From the NCBI GenBank assembly GCA_048405595.1, contig DBFJOT010000052.1:937-64936 (forward strand): a DNA stretch of 64,000 bases, read 5' to 3'. This document shows, piece after piece, positions 16,588 to 26,766 of this stretch. This DNA is from Candidatus Onthovivens sp. GTDB lineage: Bacteria > Bacillota_I > Bacilli_A > RFN20 > CAG-826. The notes beneath the pieces are model-generated. The model did not search any database. It was given only the letters and a program-made list of their open reading frames with translations, and was not told the DNA's origin. The translations under genes were made by a program, and so were the position numbers. How positions within the stretch are numbered: the first letter of the stretch is position 1; each line of letters starts with the position of its first letter.

Positions 16588-17702
16588 TTTTCACTAGCCT
16601 CTTTAAGAACATTTGTTCTTTTTTCATTAATCTCGCCTACTAATTCTTCGAGAATATCTTCCATAGTAATCATGCCAATGACTTTATCATTGTCTTTTAC
16701 TATCGCGATGTGTTTCTTTTCTTTGTTAAATTCTTTAAAGATATCATCAACTTTAGCATCTTTTGATACAACAAAAGGTTTTGTTAAAACACTTCTAATA
16801 TCGACATGCTTATCTTCGCAATATTCTTTAAAATAACTTTTAACATTTAAAATTCCTACGATGTTATCGATATTTTCATCATAAATAGGAATACGAGAAT
16901 AAGTCGTATTTAAAATAGCTTCATTAAGTTTTTCAGCAGTTAAGCCATTAATATCAAGAGCGAAAATTTTCTCTTTAGGAGTTAATACTTCATTGACTGA
17001 AATTGAATCAAAATAGAATGCTCTATTTAAAATTTTTATTTCATTAGGTTCAAAAAGTTCTTCGCTTTCTTCACTTTCTTCGTCCTCTTCATCATTATTT
17101 TCAACAGCTTCATCAGCGCTAAGAATAAAATCTTCTTTTGTTAAAATGTTTTCATCTTTAATTTTGAATATTTTATGAACAAGGATCAAAATTCCTTGGA
17201 AAATAATTCTGATAGGCGTTAAAAGAATGTACACAAAATAAACAGGGTAAGCTAAAAAATAGCATAACCTATTCGGTATTTCTTTTGAAATAATTTTAGG
17301 AACTGTGTCACTTACAATATAGACTAAAAAGCCCATGACAACAGTTGATAAAATTGCTTCTACACCATCTTGTAAACCATACATTTTTGCTAAATTATAA
17401 AATAACATAGCACTTAAAAACGATGTAAGAGTTTGAACGATATTATTCCCTACTAAAATAGTGACTAAAGTATTGTCAAATTTTTCAATTAATTTAACAA
17501 TAATTTTAGCCGTAATTTTTCCTTCGTCTGCAAGTACCTTAAAATGATACTTATTACAATTACTAAAGGCATTTTCTCCTGCACTAAATAGTGCGCTTAT
17601 TAATAAAAGTATTGCTATGATTATCCAACATACCCAATCAGGCATTCCATAAACTGTATGATAATCAATTGAATTCGTAAGTAATATAAAATTCGGGTCC
17701 AT
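16584..17702 (-). CDS. CNNM-family membrane protein (DUF21 + CBS pair, no CorC_HlyC tail)
   Basis: 372 aa. SAGENAF DUF21 motif and CBS pair (VLTPKEKIFALD...IPIYDENIDNIVGIL). The start may be the internal MPDWVCW at 17645. Confidence 0.8.
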   Translation of the reverse strand: MDPNFILLTNSIDYHTVYGMPDWVCWIIIAILLLISALFSAGENAFSNCNKYHFKVLADEGKITAKIIVKLIEKFDNTLVTILVGNNIVQTLTSFLSAMLFYNLAKMYGLQDGVEAILSTVVMGFLVYIVSDTVPKIISKEIPNRLCYFLAYPVYFVYILLTPIRIIFQGILILVHKIFKIKDENILTKEDFILSADEAVENNDEEDEESEESEELFEPNEIKILNRAFYFDSISVNEVLTPKEKIFALDINGLTAEKLNEAILNTTYSRIPIYDENIDNIVGILNVKSYFKEYCEDKHVDIRSVLTKPFVVSKDAKVDDIFKEFNKEKKHIAIVKDNDKVIGMITMEDILEELVGEINEKRTNVLKEASEK

Positions 17703-17728
17703 ATTTGTTTAATACTATATCAAATTGT

Positions 17729-18307
17729 TTATTCTTTGACAATATGATGATGTCTGCATCTAGCTTCATAGCTTTCACTAGCTCCAACCAAAACAATTGG
17801 ATCTTTGATCGATGCAGGTTCCCCATTGATTAATCTTTGAGTTCTTGTTGCTTCTTTACCGCAGACGCAACAAATAGCAGTTAATTTCGTAACAAACTCT
17901 GCCTTAGCTAGTAACTTTGCAACGATATCAAATGGATCTCCTTTAAAATCAAGGTCTAATCCAGCAGCTATAACTCTAATACCTTTGTTAGCAAATTTAT
18001 CGATGATTTCGATGATTTCATCATCGAAAAATTGAACTTCATCAATACAAATTGCATCTAAATTTTTATCTAAGTATTTTAAAATTTCGTGGCTTTTAAC
18101 TATAGAAATAGCTTTATAAGTTTTTTTGTTATGAGATACAACTTCTGTTTCACTGTATCTATTATCGATTGATGGTTTAAATACTAAAAATTTCTTTTTA
18201 GCATATACTAATCTATTAATTCTTCTTAATAATTCTTCACTTTTACCGGCAAACATCGGTCCGCAAATAACTTCGAGCGAACCACCTGCTATATCATCGT
18301 GTCCCAT
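17729..18307 (-). CDS. tdk: Thymidine kinase
   Basis: [12 protein letters not shown]-loop, DEVQFF and a C-terminal Zn ribbon (CxxCG...CRHHH). The start was moved to MGHDD (ATG 18307), which has an AAAGGA RBS. The track start is 18355. Confidence 0.9.
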   Translation of the reverse strand: MGHDDIAGGSLEVICGPMFAGKSEELLRRINRLVYAKKKFLVFKPSIDNRYSETEVVSHNKKTYKAISIVKSHEILKYLDKNLDAICIDEVQFFDDEIIEIIDKFANKGIRVIAAGLDLDFKGDPFDIVAKLLAKAEFVTKLTAICCVCGKEATRTQRLINGEPASIKDPIVLVGASESYEARCRHHHIVKE

Positions 18308-18376
18308 TAAAATCCTTTCAAAATAAATGAGAAACTTCATTTTGAAGCTTCTCATTTATATATTTAGTTTTTAAAA

Positions 18377-20656
18377 CTATTTGTTCTTTAATTGACTTGC
18401 GTAATCGATTTGACCTTCTTCACTAATTTGTGTGAGGTTTTGTGTATTCATACAATCAACAACCAAGTCTCTTGCGCGTTGGAGAGAACTATCACTCTTA
18501 ACTCTAAATACGAGAGGAATATCTCTATAAAGTTCTTTGAATGATGCATCACCAACTGGAACTGCTGTGTTTAAGTAATTCTTTGGATCTAAAGCTAAGT
18601 AAATCTTTAGATGTGACCCACCCATTGTAATCTTACAATAAGTTTTCTTATGTAATCTGAACGTATCTCCACTATTACTAACTCTATCTTTTAATCCGTA
18701 ACTCATTAATAAATTCTTGAGTGAATTATAAGCTAATACAAGGTCAGTTCCGCTTGTAAGCAATTTTTCTTGGAAATTAAGTTTGACAGCTTCAACTTTC
18801 TTAATTTCTTTTTCTTTTCCTCTAATTTCTGGTTGTGGAATTAAAGGACGTTTAGCTGGTTCAACAGGTGTTTCTTTAACAGTTGGAACTTCTTTAATCA
18901 CTTCTTTAATAATTTGTTGAGGTTTTTCAACTTCTTTAACGTAAACTGGTACTTCTTGAATAGTTTCTTTTTCTTCAACTTTAATTGATTTTAAAGCTTC
19001 TTGAAGTTGTGTACTAATTAATGTACGTAATTCTTCTTCATCAATTGTTGCTTCTTCCTCTTCTGGAGTTTCTGGAAGTGGGAATTCTTCAACTTCTTCT
19101 TCAATCTTTGTTGGAATAGCAACAACGATTGGTGGAATAATTTTTTCTTCTTGTGCAGTTGGAAGAACAGCTTTTGATTCTTCTTGAATTTTTGCTTCTT
19201 CTGTTAAAGCTTCATCTAAATGAGTTCTAATTTCCTCAGCAGGTTTAACTTCTTCAGCCTTCTTTTCTTCAACAGGTTTTTCTTCTGCTTTTGGAAGTAA
19301 ATCTTGAACACTATCTTTGATTAATGTTTTTAAATCATCAAGAGTTAAAACATCATAATCATCTTCGATAGTATGTGTTTCTTGTAAATCCTTTGTTGCT
19401 TCAAGAGCTACTTCAGGAGTAATTAAATTATTTTCTTTTAAGATATCATAGACAGCACTCTTAATATCGTCTTTTGTTAATGAATCATTAGTTGATGTAA
19501 CTGGTGCTGGTTGAGGAGCTACTGTTCTAGCTCTACTTGTTCCATAAATTGATGTTGTATTTTCATCAATTTGGTTACTTCTTAATTGATTTTCATCACG
19601 TCCGTTTGTGATATATTGGACGATTAATGGAGCGTTATTTCCGGTATGAACTGTATTTCCACCTGCAGGAATCGTATTTACTTGAGCGCCATATGGGTAA
19701 GGACCATAGCCATATTGATTCATATATGGATTTGGATTAGCACCTGTGTATCCCATAGCTGCTTGTTGTTGTTGGACGTAAGGATTATTGCTTTCATAAG
19801 CATTTGCATCCTTCTTACCTTTTTTACCTTTTTTGCTTTTTTCAGTTTGTTGATTAGCAATATTTTCGTAGCCGTGGTTTTTATAGAATTGTTGTCTTCT
19901 CTTTCTTTCGGCTTTTTCAAGATAATCATATTTATGTTGATGTAAGTAAAGCGGAATACCAACATAGATATTTGCGATTGCTTGCCATAATAATGGGAGA
20001 AGCATAATTAATAAGACAACTAATCCAACGACTAATGTCCAAGCTTTAACTTTTGTACCCATTCCGAAAGCAGGATTATTGCTGACGGATAAAATATTCT
20101 TTAAGAGTAAGAATAATGGTCCAGTTGTAGCATTTCCGCCACCTGCGATTTGATATGCTTCATTTCCATAAATCGCGCCATGAAAACCAACGATTAAGAA
20201 TGAGATACAAAATGTTGGAATAGCAAACCAAATAATATTGAATAAACTTGATTTTTTCTTTTTGTAAATAAATAATCCGAAGATTAATGTGTAAAGAACA
20301 TATAAACCATAGACTGCAATAACTAATGCAAATCCATAGAATGTTAATGAGTTAATAAAATTACCTGAAACCCACCATGAAGCTTCAAATAAATGGTTAA
20401 AGAAATTGAAATATTCTTTTCCCCATAATTTGAGTCCTGGCCACCATGTATTCCAGAATGCATTTTGGAATGCTGCACTGATGGTTTCCATTTTAGTAAA
20501 CTCAGAAAGAGCAACCGCTGGAGCGCCAAATACTAATTCGTTAACACCTGCTTGAACAAGGTTAGTTGTCATAAAGGTTAAGAAAAAGAATAAGACAGCT
20601 AATCCACTAAATAATGTAGTTAATAATATACCTTTTGTAATTCTTCCCTTAGTCAT
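18377..20656 (-). CDS. Large membrane protein, paralog 1 (N-terminal polytopic domain, long disordered linker, conserved C-terminal domain)
   Basis: 759 aa. About 6 TM helices, a basic stretch, a Q/N/Y/G/P-rich segment and an E/K/P/V-rich linker. The C-terminal roughly 130 aa are shared with 20672..22636. GGGGAGG RBS. Confidence 0.75.
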   Translation of the reverse strand: MTKGRITKGILLTTLFSGLAVLFFFLTFMTTNLVQAGVNELVFGAPAVALSEFTKMETISAAFQNAFWNTWWPGLKLWGKEYFNFFNHLFEASWWVSGNFINSLTFYGFALVIAVYGLYVLYTLIFGLFIYKKKKSSLFNIIWFAIPTFCISFLIVGFHGAIYGNEAYQIAGGGNATTGPLFLLLKNILSVSNNPAFGMGTKVKAWTLVVGLVVLLIMLLPLLWQAIANIYVGIPLYLHQHKYDYLEKAERKRRQQFYKNHGYENIANQQTEKSKKGKKGKKDANAYESNNPYVQQQQAAMGYTGANPNPYMNQYGYGPYPYGAQVNTIPAGGNTVHTGNNAPLIVQYITNGRDENQLRSNQIDENTTSIYGTSRARTVAPQPAPVTSTNDSLTKDDIKSAVYDILKENNLITPEVALEATKDLQETHTIEDDYDVLTLDDLKTLIKDSVQDLLPKAEEKPVEEKKAEEVKPAEEIRTHLDEALTEEAKIQEESKAVLPTAQEEKIIPPIVVAIPTKIEEEVEEFPLPETPEEEEATIDEEELRTLISTQLQEALKSIKVEEKETIQEVPVYVKEVEKPQQIIKEVIKEVPTVKETPVEPAKRPLIPQPEIRGKEKEIKKVEAVKLNFQEKLLTSGTDLVLAYNSLKNLLMSYGLKDRVSNSGDTFRLHKKTYCKITMGGSHLKIYLALDPKNYLNTAVPVGDASFKELYRDIPLVFRVKSDSSLQRARDLVVDCMNTQNLTQISEEGQIDYASQLKNK

Positions 20657-20671
20657 AGAATTGTGCCTCCC

Positions 20672-22636
20672 CTATTCTTCATCTTCACCATCGTCGAAAT
20701 CGTCATTTTCGAATTCAACGCTGTTAAGATCTGTTGCCCAATCACGTGTTTCAAGTTGCTTGACTTGTTCAAGACCATGTTTATCCATACAGTCTCTAAT
20801 CAATTCTTCGCCTCTTCTTAATGATAAGCCACTCTTAACTTTGAAGACTAATGGTGTTTCTTTATAAATTGCTTTACTAGAAGCATCTTTAATTGGATAA
20901 GTTGTATCAACATAATCTGCAGGATTTAATGCAAGATAAAGTTTTAATGATTTACCAGCAATTGTAATCTTACAATAAGTAACACGATGTAATCTAAATG
21001 TGTCGCCACTATTTGAAACTCTGTTGTTTAATCCATAAGATTTTAATAATGATTTTAACTCATTATATGCATCTCTTAATCCTTGATCTGCACTTTCCAT
21101 TCTGACTATAAATGGAATTCTAATAATTTTTGGTGTTCCATTACTTGTTAAAGGAATGTCAGCAGGATATTCTTTTTTCTCTTCTACTTCAGGAGTAGGT
21201 GTTTCTTCTTTTGCTTCTTCGACTGTTTCAACTTCTGGAGTTGTTTCTTCAGCTTTTTCTTCTGGAAGTTCTTCAACAACCGTTTCTTCTACAACTGTAT
21301 CTGGAGCAACAGTTTCATCGATTACTTCTGGAGTAACTTCAGTTTCAACAGTTTTTGTTTCTTCAACTGGAGTAGTTTCTTCTACTACAGGTGTTTCACT
21401 AACTTCTTCAATTTTTTCTTCTTTAACAGGAATTTTTATTTCGACTGGTTTTTGGATAACTGTTTCTTTAGTGATTACAAATTCGCTTAAAGCTTTTGAA
21501 AGTTCTTCAGCGATAATTTCGTGAATTCTTTCGGTGTTTAATTTTGCCTTTGGTTCACTTTTAGGTGGTTCAGGCTTTTTTACAGGTTTTTGTTTGAATT
21601 CTTCACCTGCACTTGCTGGCATAGCGAAGACGATTGGTGAAGGATAAATTTTCTTTTCTTCTTCTTGTTCAAATGAAGAAGCGCATGTTTCTTCTACTTT
21701 AAGTTTTTCGTCAGCACTTTTATTTGAGTTTGTTGCTTTGACGATTGCTTCAGCGATTAATTGTGCGTTTTTTTCTTGTTTATATTGATCAGCGAGTTTT
21801 AAAGCTTCTTGTCTTTCAAATTCATCTCTAACTACAGTTCTAACTTCATCAGCAGTTAATGATTTTTGAACGATTGTTTGATTTGGATAAGATGTATCTT
21901 GTGATTCGAAAATAGGACCACTCTTACCATATTTATCATAGCGTTTTAAAATTAAAACACCTTTCTTCTTTGGTTCAGGTTGAACAATTGGAGTTTCAGT
22001 AATTTTTTCGACTTGTTTTGTTGTGACTGTTTCAGTTGCAATTGCAATTTCTTCTTTCTTAAATAATCTAACTAATGTTACAAAGAAGATTCCGATAACA
22101 CCAATTAATGAGAATAAGATAGCAATAACTAAGCAATAAGCATAGATTGACCATCCAAAGTTAACACCTTCTGCTTTAAATAAAAGTAATTCAGCAAATT
22201 GTTTTGCCAACAAACCAGGTTGAATATATGCTGGGTTTAAATAGTTGCTGTAATATAATCCTAAATATGCATAGAGAATTCCACCACAGAGTACTAAATT
22301 TAAAATACTAACAAAGATGTATTTAGCTTTCTTTTTAGCACAAGCAATTGTGAATGCGATAAAGAACGCTAAACCTGTTAATGTAATTCCGATATACCAA
22401 ACGATATCAGCATAAAGATGTGAGAAGTCCCAAAGCATACCCTCTTTTAATGCTCCGAAAACATCTACATAGGTTCCAAATTCATTGAACCAGTTAACGG
22501 CTTTAGGAACAACATTTCCGCCTTCATTTAATGATCCGGATAAGACTGTTCCAAGTAAGATTAACACCCATGTGACAACTGTCCATGTAATAGTCCAGAT
22601 TGTCCAGTGTCTTAGCGTATGGTTTTTCTTTTTCAT
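20672..22636 (-). CDS. Large membrane protein, paralog 2
   Basis: Same architecture as paralog 1. The linker is T/E/V/P-rich, and the C-terminal SNSGDTFRLHRVTYCKITIAGKSLKLYLALNPADY...PLVFKVKSGLSLRRGEELIRDCM matches paralog 1. The start was moved to MKKKNH (22636), which has a GAGGGAGAG RBS. Confidence 0.75.
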   Translation of the reverse strand: MKKKNHTLRHWTIWTITWTVVTWVLILLGTVLSGSLNEGGNVVPKAVNWFNEFGTYVDVFGALKEGMLWDFSHLYADIVWYIGITLTGLAFFIAFTIACAKKKAKYIFVSILNLVLCGGILYAYLGLYYSNYLNPAYIQPGLLAKQFAELLLFKAEGVNFGWSIYAYCLVIAILFSLIGVIGIFFVTLVRLFKKEEIAIATETVTTKQVEKITETPIVQPEPKKKGVLILKRYDKYGKSGPIFESQDTSYPNQTIVQKSLTADEVRTVVRDEFERQEALKLADQYKQEKNAQLIAEAIVKATNSNKSADEKLKVEETCASSFEQEEEKKIYPSPIVFAMPASAGEEFKQKPVKKPEPPKSEPKAKLNTERIHEIIAEELSKALSEFVITKETVIQKPVEIKIPVKEEKIEEVSETPVVEETTPVEETKTVETEVTPEVIDETVAPDTVVEETVVEELPEEKAEETTPEVETVEEAKEETPTPEVEEKKEYPADIPLTSNGTPKIIRIPFIVRMESADQGLRDAYNELKSLLKSYGLNNRVSNSGDTFRLHRVTYCKITIAGKSLKLYLALNPADYVDTTYPIKDASSKAIYKETPLVFKVKSGLSLRRGEELIRDCMDKHGLEQVKQLETRDWATDLNSVEFENDDFDDGEDEE

Positions 22637-22661
22637 ATTTCTCTCCCTCAAACCTCACTAA

Positions 22662-23552
22662 TTAAACAGTTCCACTAGAACCAAGTACCTTTGATGTAAT
22701 TGCATCTGTGACATCTTTTAAGAAATAGTCAAATGCGTTTTGGAAGTTAACGTTTTCGCCAGTTTCTTTAACAGTCTCAGATATTATATATAAAGGATTA
22801 AGTCCCATACTGTCCAAAGTATTAATAAATGGTCTACAAATTTGTGATGTCGTAGACAATGGATCCATATTTTCTATGATTCCAGAGTAATTGTTAACAA
22901 ATTCACTTATTTTGCTGATGTGATCAGGTAACAATGTACTAATAGCTTGATATAAATTGCTAGATGTATCTTTTAATGGAGTAATTATGTTGTTGTCAAT
23001 TCCTTGCAATGGTGAGAACATGACGCTTATAACAACAATTCCAATGATTGCGTATCCTGCAGCTCCTACAAAAATTCCAACAATTCGAGGTATAAAACCT
23101 TTTCTCATGAATTTCGGAGTAATCCATCTTATTATCAACCAATAAAGAATGGTAGAGAGTAAGAATGCAACTGGAAGCATCAAAGTTGCAACAACTGATG
23201 TAGCGGCAAATTTGCATAAAAAACTTGCATTAAGGATTAAATAATTAGGATCCAAATCAAAATTTTGAAGTAACAATACCGCTTCTTCAACCGTCTTAAG
23301 TTCAAATACAACGCCTAAGCTTTCAGTCATGTCTATTCGAATTGGCTGAATCCAACCTTGTGTAACCAGCCAATCTATAAGATCATACCTTACAAATTTT
23401 GCAATATAATCAGTAACACCGGATTTGAGGAAGACGACCATGCCAATGGCAAAAATTGTTAAACCGATAAAGGTCCTCCACCAACCCCTGATTAGACCTA
23501 GTATTAAACCTAAGACAACAAACCCAATGAGAATAAAGTCTGTATAATTCAT
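22662..23552 (-). CDS. CvpA-like polytopic membrane protein (putative)
   Basis: 296 aa. The N-terminus FILIGFVVLGLILGLIRGWWRTFIGL resembles CvpA-family starts. The rest is multi-TM and unassigned. Confidence 0.45.
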   Translation of the reverse strand: MNYTDFILIGFVVLGLILGLIRGWWRTFIGLTIFAIGMVVFLKSGVTDYIAKFVRYDLIDWLVTQGWIQPIRIDMTESLGVVFELKTVEEAVLLLQNFDLDPNYLILNASFLCKFAATSVVATLMLPVAFLLSTILYWLIIRWITPKFMRKGFIPRIVGIFVGAAGYAIIGIVVISVMFSPLQGIDNNIITPLKDTSSNLYQAISTLLPDHISKISEFVNNYSGIIENMDPLSTTSQICRPFINTLDSMGLNPLYIISETVKETGENVNFQNAFDYFLKDVTDAITSKVLGSSGTV

Positions 23553-23732
23553 ACTACTTAATATTTTAATAACTTTTAGTAAATTTATAAAGTTAAAATA
23601 ACGTTAATTAGAAACTTTTTTTGCCGATTTACGAGTATAATGAACCAAATCGTCACTATCACATTTTTGGCTTTAAAAGATAATTTACTTTTTCCAAAAA
23701 TAGTAAATGATAAAATTTTTTTAAAAAAGTAC

Positions 23733-23761
23733 TTGCCATACCCTTATAGCGATGGTAAACT
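23733..23761 (+). promoter_or_regulatory. Putative promoter of tRNA-Val
   Basis: TTGCCA (23733..23738), 17-nt spacer, TAAACT (23756..23761), then AAT-TAAGCGCTTG running into tRNA position 1. Confidence 0.55.
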
Positions 23762-23773
23762 AATTAAGCGCTT

Positions 23774-23849
23774 GGGTACTTAGCTCAGCTGGGAGAGCAT
23801 CTGTTTGACGTACAGAAGGTCGTAGGTTCGATCCCTGCAGTACCCACCA
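23774..23849 (+). tRNA. tRNA-Val (anticodon GAC)
   Basis: Acceptor GGGTACT/AGTACCC, D arm GCTC-AGCTGGGA-GAGC, anticodon stem TCTGT/ACAGA with loop TTGACGT, T arm GTAGG-TTCGATC-CCTGC, ACCA end. 76 nt. Confidence 0.9.
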
Positions 23850-23864
23850 AGCTTAATATTAATG

Positions 23865-23891
23865 ACTCGACAGAAATGTCGAGTTTTTTTG
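23865..23891 (+). terminator. Terminator after tRNA-Val
   Basis: ACTCGAC-agaaat-GTCGAGT followed by TTTTTTT. Confidence 0.8.
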
Positions 23892-23917
23892 TTCTTATAA
23901 CTAAAAATCAATAAAAA

Positions 23918-24008
23918 AAGATTCCTTACTAGAGAATAGAAGCACACAGATGCTAATAATTTTTTAGAATGGAAAGGAGGTACTGTGTCAATAATTGTAA
24001 GGAATCTT
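23918..24008 (-). terminator. Long compound hairpin downstream of the M18 aminopeptidase gene
   Basis: 12-bp outer stem AAGATTCCTTAC/GTAAGGAATCTT and an inner ACACAG/CTGTGT stem, flanked by A-run/T-run. It could terminate transcription from either direction. Confidence 0.5.
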
Positions 24009-24033
24009 TTTGTTTATTAACTAAATTATATCA

Positions 24034-25404
24034 CTAGGCTTTTTTTAAGAAAGTAGAATATGCTAAATAAGCTTCGTAAAGATCGATTTTAGAAACAATT
24101 TCCATTGGAGAATGCATATTTAAGACTGCAATTCCTGCGTCAATTACGTCCATATCGAGATTTGCAAGGATATAAGCGATAGTTCCACCGCCGCCTTGAT
24201 CAACTCTACCGAGTTCAGCTGTTTGATAATAGATTCCATCTTGTTCTAAGATGTTTCTTAAATGAGCGACGAATTCTGGATTTGCATCATTGCATCCTCT
24301 CTTTCCGCCACTACCTGTATATTTATTAAAGACGATACCTTTATTTAAGAAAGCACTATTTTTTAATTCATTTACTTCTAAGAATAAAGGATCAACACCA
24401 GCTGAGACATCACTTGATAACATTCTTGAATTTGTTAAAGCATTTCTTAATGCTAATGGTGAAGTTTCATTTGATTTAACTAATAATGTAGCAATTGTAT
24501 TTTCGAAGAATCTTGATTGGGCACCAGTTGCACCAATTGATCCTACTTCTTCTTTATCAACTAAAATGCAGCAACTTGTTCTTTCTGGAATATCTTTTAA
24601 ATCTAAGATAGCCATTAATGAAGTATAAGCACAGCATCTATCATCATGCCCATAACCTGCAACCATAGATGAATCTAAACCATAGCTTCTAGCTTTTCCA
24701 GCTGGAACTACTTCAATTTCAGCACTTAAGAAATCTTCTTCTTCGATTCCGTATTTTTCATTTAAAATTCTTAAAACATTAGCTTTTACTGCGTCTTTTT
24801 CAGTTCCATCAAGTGGTAAAGTACCGACTGTAATATCAAGTTTTTCTCCTTCGATAACCTTAGCAGCAGTTTTTGTTAATTGTTCTTGCGATAAATGAAT
24901 TAATAAATCACTGATACCAACAATAGGATCTTTTGGATCATCACCGATATTTACATCAACTTTAGTTCCATCTTTTTTAACAATGACTCCATATAATGCA
25001 AGTGGAATAGTAACCCATTGATATTTTTTGATTCCGCCATAATAATGAGTATCTAATAAAGCGAATCCTGTTGATTCATAAAGTGGATTTTGTTTGATAT
25101 CAATTCTAGGTGAATCAATATGAGCACCTAAAATATTTAAACCTTTTTCAATTTTTTCTTTACCAATTACATAAAGAGCAATATTTTTGTCTCTATTAAT
25201 TACATAAACTTTATCTCCAGGTTTTAAAGTTTCAACTTCGTTTAAATCTTTAAATCCAAATTTTTTAGCTAATTCAAGTGAATTTTTTGTTGCTAAACGT
25301 TCTGTTTTTGAAGCACTTAAAAATTCCATATAGTTTTCTGCAAAATCGAAAACTTTTTTCATTTCTTCGCCTTTGTATTTTTCAAATGCGTATTTACCGT
25401 ACAT
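24034..25404 (-). CDS. M18-family aminopeptidase (aminopeptidase 1 / aspartyl aminopeptidase-like)
   Basis: Typical M18 blocks: GAHIDSPRID, GYGHDDRCCAY, VDKEEVGS, and GGGTIA...LNMHSP. The start was moved to MYGKYAF (25404), which has a GGAGGAA RBS. Confidence 0.85.
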   Translation of the reverse strand: MYGKYAFEKYKGEEMKKVFDFAENYMEFLSASKTERLATKNSLELAKKFGFKDLNEVETLKPGDKVYVINRDKNIALYVIGKEKIEKGLNILGAHIDSPRIDIKQNPLYESTGFALLDTHYYGGIKKYQWVTIPLALYGVIVKKDGTKVDVNIGDDPKDPIVGISDLLIHLSQEQLTKTAAKVIEGEKLDITVGTLPLDGTEKDAVKANVLRILNEKYGIEEEDFLSAEIEVVPAGKARSYGLDSSMVAGYGHDDRCCAYTSLMAILDLKDIPERTSCCILVDKEEVGSIGATGAQSRFFENTIATLLVKSNETSPLALRNALTNSRMLSSDVSAGVDPLFLEVNELKNSAFLNKGIVFNKYTGSGGKRGCNDANPEFVAHLRNILEQDGIYYQTAELGRVDQGGGGTIAYILANLDMDVIDAGIAVLNMHSPMEIVSKIDLYEAYLAYSTFLKKA

Positions 25405-25442
25405 ATATTCGTTCCTCCATTTCAAAATTATATATCATTTAA

Positions 25443-26747
25443 CTAAAATAGTTTAATCGATGCATCATTTAATTCAAAAGATTTTTCCATAAATGATTTT
25501 GTTAAGTTAAATAAATGAGTTACATCTTTTGAACCGATTACTTCGAAATTAGAATGCATTGCAAGTTGAGGTAATCCAATATCAACACTTAAAAATGAAA
25601 CATGGCTATTTGAAATATTTCCTAAAGTGGATCCACCTCTTACATCACTTCTATTAAAGAATTCTTGATAAGCAATATTGTTGCCCTCACATAATTCTTT
25701 AACAAATGAAGTTGATAAAGCATCACTTGTGTAAAGCATATTGGCGTTATGTTTAATAACAACACCTTTATTTATTAAACATTTGTTTTTGTTATCGCTT
25801 AATTCAGGATGATTTGGATGGATTGCGTGAGCATTGTCAGCACTAAGTAAGATTGATTTTGCAATAGCCATAAAATAATCTTCTTCGGTTTTACCTAATG
25901 ATAAAACAATTCTTCTTAAGGTATCATTAAGGAATGTTGAATCAGCTCCATTATTTGATAAACTTCCTACTTCTTCGTTATTAAAGGAAGCAAAAACATC
26001 GATCCCATCTTTATTTTTTGAATTAATAAATCCATATAAAGAAGTAAATGCAGCACTTAAATCATCAAGTTTTGGTCCTGCGATAAAATCTTTTTCGAAT
26101 CCGATAACTCTAGTTTTATCTCTGTTATATAAATAAAGATCTTCTGAAATAAAAGTTTCACCTTCTTCTAAAAAAGAATTGATTAAATCTTCATAATGGG
26201 TTCCGTTTTCTTTTGCAACACCAATAATTGGGCATAAATCGATTTGGTTATTGTATTTAAATCCATTATTGATTTCTCTATTTTGGTGGATTGCAACATT
26301 AGGAATAATGCATGTATCATCATTTGAATCAACTAACTTCGAGAAAATTTGATTATCTTTTTTATATACAATTCTCCCAGCGATACCTAAAGGTTTATCA
26401 AGCCATGAAGAAATAATCATTCCTCCATAACCTTCTACCTTTAATTTTTCATAGCCATTTTCAACAATGGTTGGATCGCTTTTAATTTTATATGTTGGTG
26501 AGTCAGTATGACTTGCAATTAATTTTAAATATAATTTTTCGATTTTTTCCGGTAAAGAAAAAGCAATTACACTAGATAAATTTCTAGTTATAAAATATTT
26601 ATGTCCTTCTTTTAAATTAAAAGGTTGGCTTTCTTTTAATTCTTCAAAGCCGTTTTTTAATAAAATTTCTTTAATTTTATTGACGCTATGGTATTCGCTT
26701 TTTGAGCAATTTAGCGCTTCAATCACTAATTCATTAATGTTATTCAC
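25443..26747 (-). CDS. M18-family aminopeptidase (second, divergent copy)
   Basis: 434 aa. ASHTDSPTYKIK, PKLDDLSAAF, FNNEEVGS and GGSTLG...GLPQLAMHS. Apparent GTG start. Confidence 0.85.
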   Translation of the reverse strand: MNNINELVIEALNCSKSEYHSVNKIKEILLKNGFEELKESQPFNLKEGHKYFITRNLSSVIAFSLPEKIEKLYLKLIASHTDSPTYKIKSDPTIVENGYEKLKVEGYGGMIISSWLDKPLGIAGRIVYKKDNQIFSKLVDSNDDTCIIPNVAIHQNREINNGFKYNNQIDLCPIIGVAKENGTHYEDLINSFLEEGETFISEDLYLYNRDKTRVIGFEKDFIAGPKLDDLSAAFTSLYGFINSKNKDGIDVFASFNNEEVGSLSNNGADSTFLNDTLRRIVLSLGKTEEDYFMAIAKSILLSADNAHAIHPNHPELSDNKNKCLINKGVVIKHNANMLYTSDALSTSFVKELCEGNNIAYQEFFNRSDVRGGSTLGNISNSHVSFLSVDIGLPQLAMHSNFEVIGSKDVTHLFNLTKSFMEKSFELNDASIKLF

Positions 26748-26766
26748 TTTTGTTCCCTATTAATAA

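Noticed and set aside
19646-19965. Two overlapping ORFs (99 aa plus strand, 81 aa minus strand)
   Set aside because: Both lie inside the 759-aa gene, in the low-complexity Q/N/K region. They are alternative-frame artefacts.
21156-21524. 122-aa Ser/Thr/Val-rich ORF on the plus strand
   Set aside because: It is an antisense shadow of the repetitive Glu/Thr/Val/Pro linker of the large membrane protein, with low-complexity composition and no RBS.
24290-24628. 112-aa plus-strand ORF
   Set aside because: It lies entirely inside the well-supported M18 aminopeptidase gene on the opposite strand.
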